64,000 nucleotides of DNA from Bacteroidales bacterium (GTDB lineage: Bacteria; Bacteroidota; Bacteroidia; Bacteroidales; UBA7960), in NCBI GenBank assembly GCA_031323845.1, contig JAVIYP010000006.1, positions 6,982 through 70,981 on the forward strand, written 5' to 3'. Below the pieces are notes generated by a model. It saw nothing but the letters and a program-made list of their open reading frames with translations. It had not been told where the DNA came from and made no database searches. The position numbers and the translations under genes are program-made. Position 1 is the stretch's first letter; the number at the start of each line of letters is the position of its first letter. Below are positions 59,356-64,000 of the stretch, piece after piece.

Positions 59356-60723
59356 ATGACAGGAAAAGAAAGAATCCGGAAAGCATTTACCTTAATGACT
59401 ACTGACCAGACGCCGTGGGTGCCTTTTGCAGGAGTGCACTGTGCATTCCTGAGCGGCCTGCCGGCTGATGAATATCTAAAAAGCGAAGGGCATATAATCC
59501 GTGGCGTTGGCAGGGCCGTCGAGCTGTATGAACCTGACGGTATTCCTGTGGTTTTTGACCTCCAGGTTGAAGCCGAAGTGCTGGGATGCCAGCTGAAGTG
59601 GGTCAGCGACAACCCTCCTGCCGTCGTATCTCATCCGCTGGCAGAAGGTCTAACCCTTGAGCAACTACCGGAATTCAACAAACAGCAGGGACGAATTCCT
59701 GTTTGTCTCTCCGCCGCAACCGAACTCAGGAAAAAATTCCCTGACATTGCCCTCTATGGCCTCGTAACCGGTCCGTTTACACTGGCCGTGCACCTGGCCG
59801 GCACAAACATCTTCATGCAGATGATGGAAGATCCCGAAACAGTGACTGAAATCCTGACCTATTGCAGTGGCATCACGAAAAAAATGGCCTCCTGGTATCT
59901 TGAAGCCGGATGCGATGTGATTGCCGTGGTTGACCCCATGACCAGCCAGATCGACCCGGTGTCGTTTGAACAGTTTGTCAGTCATCCCATCAGTGATGTG
60001 TTTCAAAAGATCCGCGAACAACATGGACTCAGTTCATTTTTTGTGTGCGGATTTGCACAGCACAACATAGAAGCCATGTGTAAATGCCGGCCCGATAACA
60101 TTTCCATTGACGAAAATATTCCGCTCGACTTTGTAAAGGAGATGGCGGCGAAATACGGCCTGAGCTTCGGCGGCAACCTTAAGCTGACCTCGGTGCTTTC
60201 GCTGGGATCTGTTCAGGACGTTGAAAAACACACCCTGGAAACCATGGAACTGGGTGGTGAAACTGGCTTTATCCTTGCGCCGGGCTGTGACCTTGTGATG
60301 GATACCCCTGTTGAAAACCTTCAGGCGGTTACCCAAACCGTATTAAAGAGGCATCATGCTGTTGATTCACAGGAGGCGCAAAAAAATGTGCCCGAAACAG
60401 AACATGAAGCTTTTAAAAAACGATGGAAAAAGGATAAGGTCATCATTGACATTATCACGCTCGATTCTTCCAGCTGTGCACCCTGCCAGTACATGTTTAA
60501 AGCCGTAACGCTGGCCGCAGAGGGTTTTGGCGACAAGGTCATCTGCAAAGAAAACAGCATCAAAACAAAAGAAGGGCTGCAGCTGATGGAAGCCCTTGGC
60601 GTGCGTAATGTCCCGGTAACCGTAATTGACGGAGAGATCTGTTTTGTTTCACAAATACCTCCCAGGGCTGACTTAGAGGAAGCCATCAGGGAAAAACTCA
60701 GGCAAAAAGGCCTGATCCGGTAA
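59356..60723 (+). CDS. MtaA/UroD-fold methyltransferase fused to a C-terminal thioredoxin-like CxxC domain
   Basis: DLQVEAE.LGC, GPFTLA, FFVCG and APGCD, then a tail with SCAPCQYM...NVP..VIDG. Likely start at 59356. Confidence 0.85.
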   Translation: MTGKERIRKAFTLMTTDQTPWVPFAGVHCAFLSGLPADEYLKSEGHIIRGVGRAVELYEPDGIPVVFDLQVEAEVLGCQLKWVSDNPPAVVSHPLAEGLTLEQLPEFNKQQGRIPVCLSAATELRKKFPDIALYGLVTGPFTLAVHLAGTNIFMQMMEDPETVTEILTYCSGITKKMASWYLEAGCDVIAVVDPMTSQIDPVSFEQFVSHPISDVFQKIREQHGLSSFFVCGFAQHNIEAMCKCRPDNISIDENIPLDFVKEMAAKYGLSFGGNLKLTSVLSLGSVQDVEKHTLETMELGGETGFILAPGCDLVMDTPVENLQAVTQTVLKRHHAVDSQEAQKNVPETEHEAFKKRWKKDKVIIDIITLDSSSCAPCQYMFKAVTLAAEGFGDKVICKENSIKTKEGLQLMEALGVRNVPVTVIDGEICFVSQIPPRADLEEAIREKLRQKGLIR

Positions 60724-60736
60724 AACACATAACCTA

Positions 60737-61417
60737 ATGATCAGGGTGCACACCTTCTCTTTTGACAGCCTTGGAATAACATCCGGTGATCTTGAAGAAT
60801 TCATAGGATACTTTCCGGGAAGCAGCATGGCCGCGTTCACCGGGAGTTATGAGCAAGCGCTGTCAGAAGCTGCTGAACTTTGCCGTATCGAAGCCGGATA
60901 CCGCTGTTTTGAAGATGTTTCGGTCGGCAACAGTTATGTGCTTCTGGACAACAAAAGATTGCTGACGGGCAAGCTGATCAATCAGCAATTAACCGGAGCT
61001 TCGGGCGCTGCGGTGTTTGTTTGCACCGCCGGAAGCAAGATCACTGATGTCTCGAAACAGTATGCGGCTGACAACAATGAGCTGATGGCTTACCTGCTGG
61101 ATGTGACAGGATCGGTTTGTGCCGAAAAGGCGGCTGACCTCCTGGAGGACAAATTGCTTGAAGAGCTGAGAGAAGAAGGCTACGGTCTCAGCAACCGATG
61201 CAGCCCGGGTTATTGCGGCTGGGATGTGGCCGAACAGCACAAGCTGTTTTCACTGCTTCCGGATAATTTTTGCGGTGTCAGCCTCACCGCATCCTCGCTG
61301 ATGCATCCCATAAAATCCGTAAGCGGAATCATCGGATACGGACCAAACGCCGGACTATCGGAACGACCCTGTCATCAATGCCGTCAAACACAATGCATAT
61401 ACAAAAAAGCAACCTGA
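60737..61417 (+). CDS. Stand-alone MetH-type (SAM-dependent) B12 reactivation domain protein
   Basis: FVCTAG, D..GS..AE, R.SPGYC.W, M.PIKSVSG, and a C-terminal CxxCxxxxC. Confidence 0.85.
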   Translation: MIRVHTFSFDSLGITSGDLEEFIGYFPGSSMAAFTGSYEQALSEAAELCRIEAGYRCFEDVSVGNSYVLLDNKRLLTGKLINQQLTGASGAAVFVCTAGSKITDVSKQYAADNNELMAYLLDVTGSVCAEKAADLLEDKLLEELREEGYGLSNRCSPGYCGWDVAEQHKLFSLLPDNFCGVSLTASSLMHPIKSVSGIIGYGPNAGLSERPCHQCRQTQCIYKKAT

Positions 61418-61543
61418 CCCGGCCATATGGATGCCGTGACGGCAACCGGGCACGCTGACAGCGAACGACAACAGCAGAGGCGCCCGAACCGCTGTATATT
61501 CATTACCTTACATACATATTGTCGCATCAAAAAAAAAACAATC

Positions 61544-63166
61544 ATGCTGACTTTGAAACTAAAACAATCAATCCTGCTATTGTTCATCCTGTTTGCTGCA
61601 TGTATTCAGCAGTCCTGTGCTGACCGGCAAAAGCAGGACCGTAGCGAAAAACCCGACTGGAACAATGAAATCATTTACCATGTGATGCAGCGAAGTTTTT
61701 ATGATTCGAGCGGGGACGGGCACGGTGATCTTAACGGCGTTGTCCAGAAGCTGGATTATCTTGAAGAACTGGGTGTTACCACCATTTTATTCCTGCCGCT
61801 TTACGAGTCAGACTTCTATCACAATTATTTTCCTATCGACTATGAGCGTATCGACCCGCGTTACGGCACCATGGATGATTACCTGGCGTTTGTAAAAGCC
61901 GTGCACGACAGAGGTATGAAATTTATTATGGATATGGAAACCCAGTATGTGCAAAATGGGAATCACTGGTTCGAAGATTCGTACAAAAACCCCGGGTCGC
62001 CCTATTCGGACTTTATTTATTACAGCGATGATGAGCAGCACTATCCCGAACAATTTCTAAGGGCTTCGGGCGAAGAGTTATACACTTACCGGGCCTGGCC
62101 CGACCAGGAGTTGCACATCTTTCACCTTGATATGAATCATCAGACGGTGAAAGACTACATGAAGGATTACTATGCTTTCTGGGTTGACCCAAAAGGTGAT
62201 GGCAGCCTTGAAGGCGGTGTGGACGGCTTCCGCATTGACCACATTATGGATGACCTTGACTATAAAGGCATCTTTACGAACCTGTACACCGATTTCTGGA
62301 AACCTGTGTTCGATCATGTGAAAGCCATCAATCCAAATCTTTTTATTGTTGGTGAGCAGTCGAACTGGGCCTCCTATGGCGATGAGATGATGGAGAAAAG
62401 TGGTGCGGATGCCAGCTTTGGCTTCCTGGTGCGCTATGCTATTGCAGATGCGATGATGTCAGACGCTGATGATGCACCCGGTGCTACCAATATTGCTCAA
62501 TTCATAAAAAACACCCTTGACCACATACCGGACGATAAATTCTATGTTCACTTTATTGAAAACCATGACATTCCGAGGTGGGCAAGCGAAATGAAGGGGC
62601 ATGAACGTAAAAAAAGATGCGGCGCAATACTCACCCTGCTGTTGCCCGGCATCCCATCCATATATTACGGCCAGGAACTGGGGGTCACGGGCAAGGTATA
62701 CGACTGGAGTTACGATGTAAACCATATTCCGGTCAGGGAAGCCTTTCCGTGGACGCCCGATCCGAATGATAAGGGGATCGCTGCTTTCTATAAAGACACG
62801 GGGCCCTGGTGGGATGTCAGTTATTTCAACACCGGCAAGGCTGAAGCATTTGCCCTTTCCAAACAAAAAAACGACAAGAACTCACTTTGGCATCTGTACA
62901 AGGACCTTATTGAATTCAGGAAACAGACGCCGGCGCTTACACACGGGGATTTTAACATCATCCGGCCCGGCGATGACAGGCTTTTTGCCTTTTCGCGAAG
63001 CAAGGGAGAAGAAAGCGTGCAGGTTTTTATGAACCTGTCAGAGAAACCCATGTCGGTTGATGTTATGAAGCTTGGCGATGTCCGGTTTATCGAAGATGCA
63101 GTCATCCTTGAGGGAGGCATACACCTGGATGCATACGGATTCGTGGTTTTTGCGGGAGGAATTTAA
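61544..63166 (+). CDS. GH13 alpha-amylase-family lipoprotein
   Basis: Signal peptide with Cys, DS.GDG.GDLNG, catalytic DGFRID / GE / NHD, and PSIYYGQE. Likely start at 61544. Confidence 0.92.
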   Translation: MLTLKLKQSILLLFILFAACIQQSCADRQKQDRSEKPDWNNEIIYHVMQRSFYDSSGDGHGDLNGVVQKLDYLEELGVTTILFLPLYESDFYHNYFPIDYERIDPRYGTMDDYLAFVKAVHDRGMKFIMDMETQYVQNGNHWFEDSYKNPGSPYSDFIYYSDDEQHYPEQFLRASGEELYTYRAWPDQELHIFHLDMNHQTVKDYMKDYYAFWVDPKGDGSLEGGVDGFRIDHIMDDLDYKGIFTNLYTDFWKPVFDHVKAINPNLFIVGEQSNWASYGDEMMEKSGADASFGFLVRYAIADAMMSDADDAPGATNIAQFIKNTLDHIPDDKFYVHFIENHDIPRWASEMKGHERKKRCGAILTLLLPGIPSIYYGQELGVTGKVYDWSYDVNHIPVREAFPWTPDPNDKGIAAFYKDTGPWWDVSYFNTGKAEAFALSKQKNDKNSLWHLYKDLIEFRKQTPALTHGDFNIIRPGDDRLFAFSRSKGEESVQVFMNLSEKPMSVDVMKLGDVRFIEDAVILEGGIHLDAYGFVVFAGGI

Positions 63167-63999
63167 TACGGGTCTGTTTCTGTTATCATGCTGAACACCT
63201 TATCTCCTCGCCTGACTGCTTCGGCCACTTTTACAGAACAAACATCGCCCTTGCGCACCTGGGCTACTGCCTTGTCACTGAGGCGGATCTCCGTTGCCAC
63301 CAGTTCCACCACGCCGGTAGTGGGGCCGGTGATCATCAGCTCCGTTCCGGCGGCCAGCTCCCGTGTTTCAAGGGTAATTTCAGCAACCCCAAGCTTTGAA
63401 AAATAATTGGTAACCTTACCCACATATTGCTTGCGTCTTGTTGCCTGCGAGCCATAACGATCGGCCCACTCCCCCATACGGCGACCAAGGTAGTAACCAT
63501 CCCAGAAGCCCCTGTTGAAAACGGTTTCCAGGCGTTGTGTCCATGCCTCCACCATTTCACGGCTGTAGGTGCCGTCCAGAACCGCCTGCACAGCTTCCTT
63601 ATAGCAACGGGTGGTTGTTTTCACATAATCCGCACTACGCCCACGCCCCTCGATCTTGAGGATTGCAGCCCCTGTATGAATGATCTTATCCAAAAAGCCG
63701 ATAGTGCAAAGATCTTTGGGAGACATGATGTACTGATGATCAACCTCCAGCTCGTAGCCCTCCTCCTTGTCAGTAACCAGGTACGACCGGCGGCATAGCT
63801 GCAGGCAGGCTCCACGGTTGGCAGAAAAGTTCATGTTGTCAAGACTCAGGTAGCACTTGCCGCTCACTGCCATGCATAACGCCCCATGCACAAATATTTC
63901 GATGGCGATAAGTTCGCCGGAAGGCCCGGTGATCTGCTCCCGTTCAATACCCTTCACCAAATCATGAACCTGCCTGAGGTTCAGTTCACGCGCCAGCAC
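63163..63999 (-). CDS. Peptidase U32 family protein (RNA hydroxylation-type), 5' end outside the window
   Basis: HGALC.A.SG.C, ANRG.C.Q.CRR.Y, SPKDL and KIEGR. Confidence 0.9.
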   Translation of the reverse strand: MLARELNLRQVHDLVKGIEREQITGPSGELIAIEIFVHGALCMAVSGKCYLSLDNMNFSANRGACLQLCRRSYLVTDKEEGYELEVDHQYIMSPKDLCTIGFLDKIIHTGAAILKIEGRGRSADYVKTTTRCYKEAVQAVLDGTYSREMVEAWTQRLETVFNRGFWDGYYLGRRMGEWADRYGSQATRRKQYVGKVTNYFSKLGVAEITLETRELAAGTELMITGPTTGVVELVATEIRLSDKAVAQVRKGDVCSVKVAEAVRRGDKVFSMITETDPY

Positions 64000-64000
64000 C

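Noticed and set aside
57476-60723. UroD-fold genes as heme-pathway hemE
   Set aside because: The corrinoid-protein context and Cys/His Zn-type motifs fit MtaA-like methyltransferases, and no tetrapyrrole genes are nearby.

Overview
This is a 64-kb chromosomal window of a Bacteroidota bacterium, probably an anaerobic Bacteroidales. The assignment rests on TAnnTTTG promoters, SusC/SusD, T9SS PorT and Plug homologues, and Na+-NQR. Bases 1-47.5 kb are mostly housekeeping: tpx, lysC, rsmA, serS, rplU-rpmA, a fused 2-oxoacid dehydrogenase E1, rpsF-rpsR-rplI, an MCE/Mla transporter, nqrABCDEF-CDF-apbE, aspC, pdxH, manC and gpmI. Oddities in this part are a degenerate DnaB-like ATPase, a CarH-type B12 photoreceptor paired with an ECF sigma factor but no crt genes, a PP2C-like pseudophosphatase-LysM protein, an NqrM-like peptide, and a dispersed element made of a tandem repeat plus an A/C-rich leader. 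The main discovery is at 47.8-63.2 kb, just after a truncated IS200/RAYT-like transposase remnant. It is a LacI-regulated, starch-type polysaccharide utilization locus (susC-susD-susE, GH31, GH13) with a cobalamin-dependent methyl-transfer module embedded in it: two MtaA/UroD-fold proteins (one fused to a CxxC thioredoxin domain), a corrinoid protein and a stand-alone MetH-type reactivation domain. The GH13 has lost the conserved region-I His that contacts O6 of the -1 glucose. Together these suggest, by inference, an anaerobic pathway that degrades and O-demethylates methylated alpha-glucans or glucosides. No tRNA, rRNA or CRISPR array was seen. All protein calls come from reading motifs by eye; no database searches were run.
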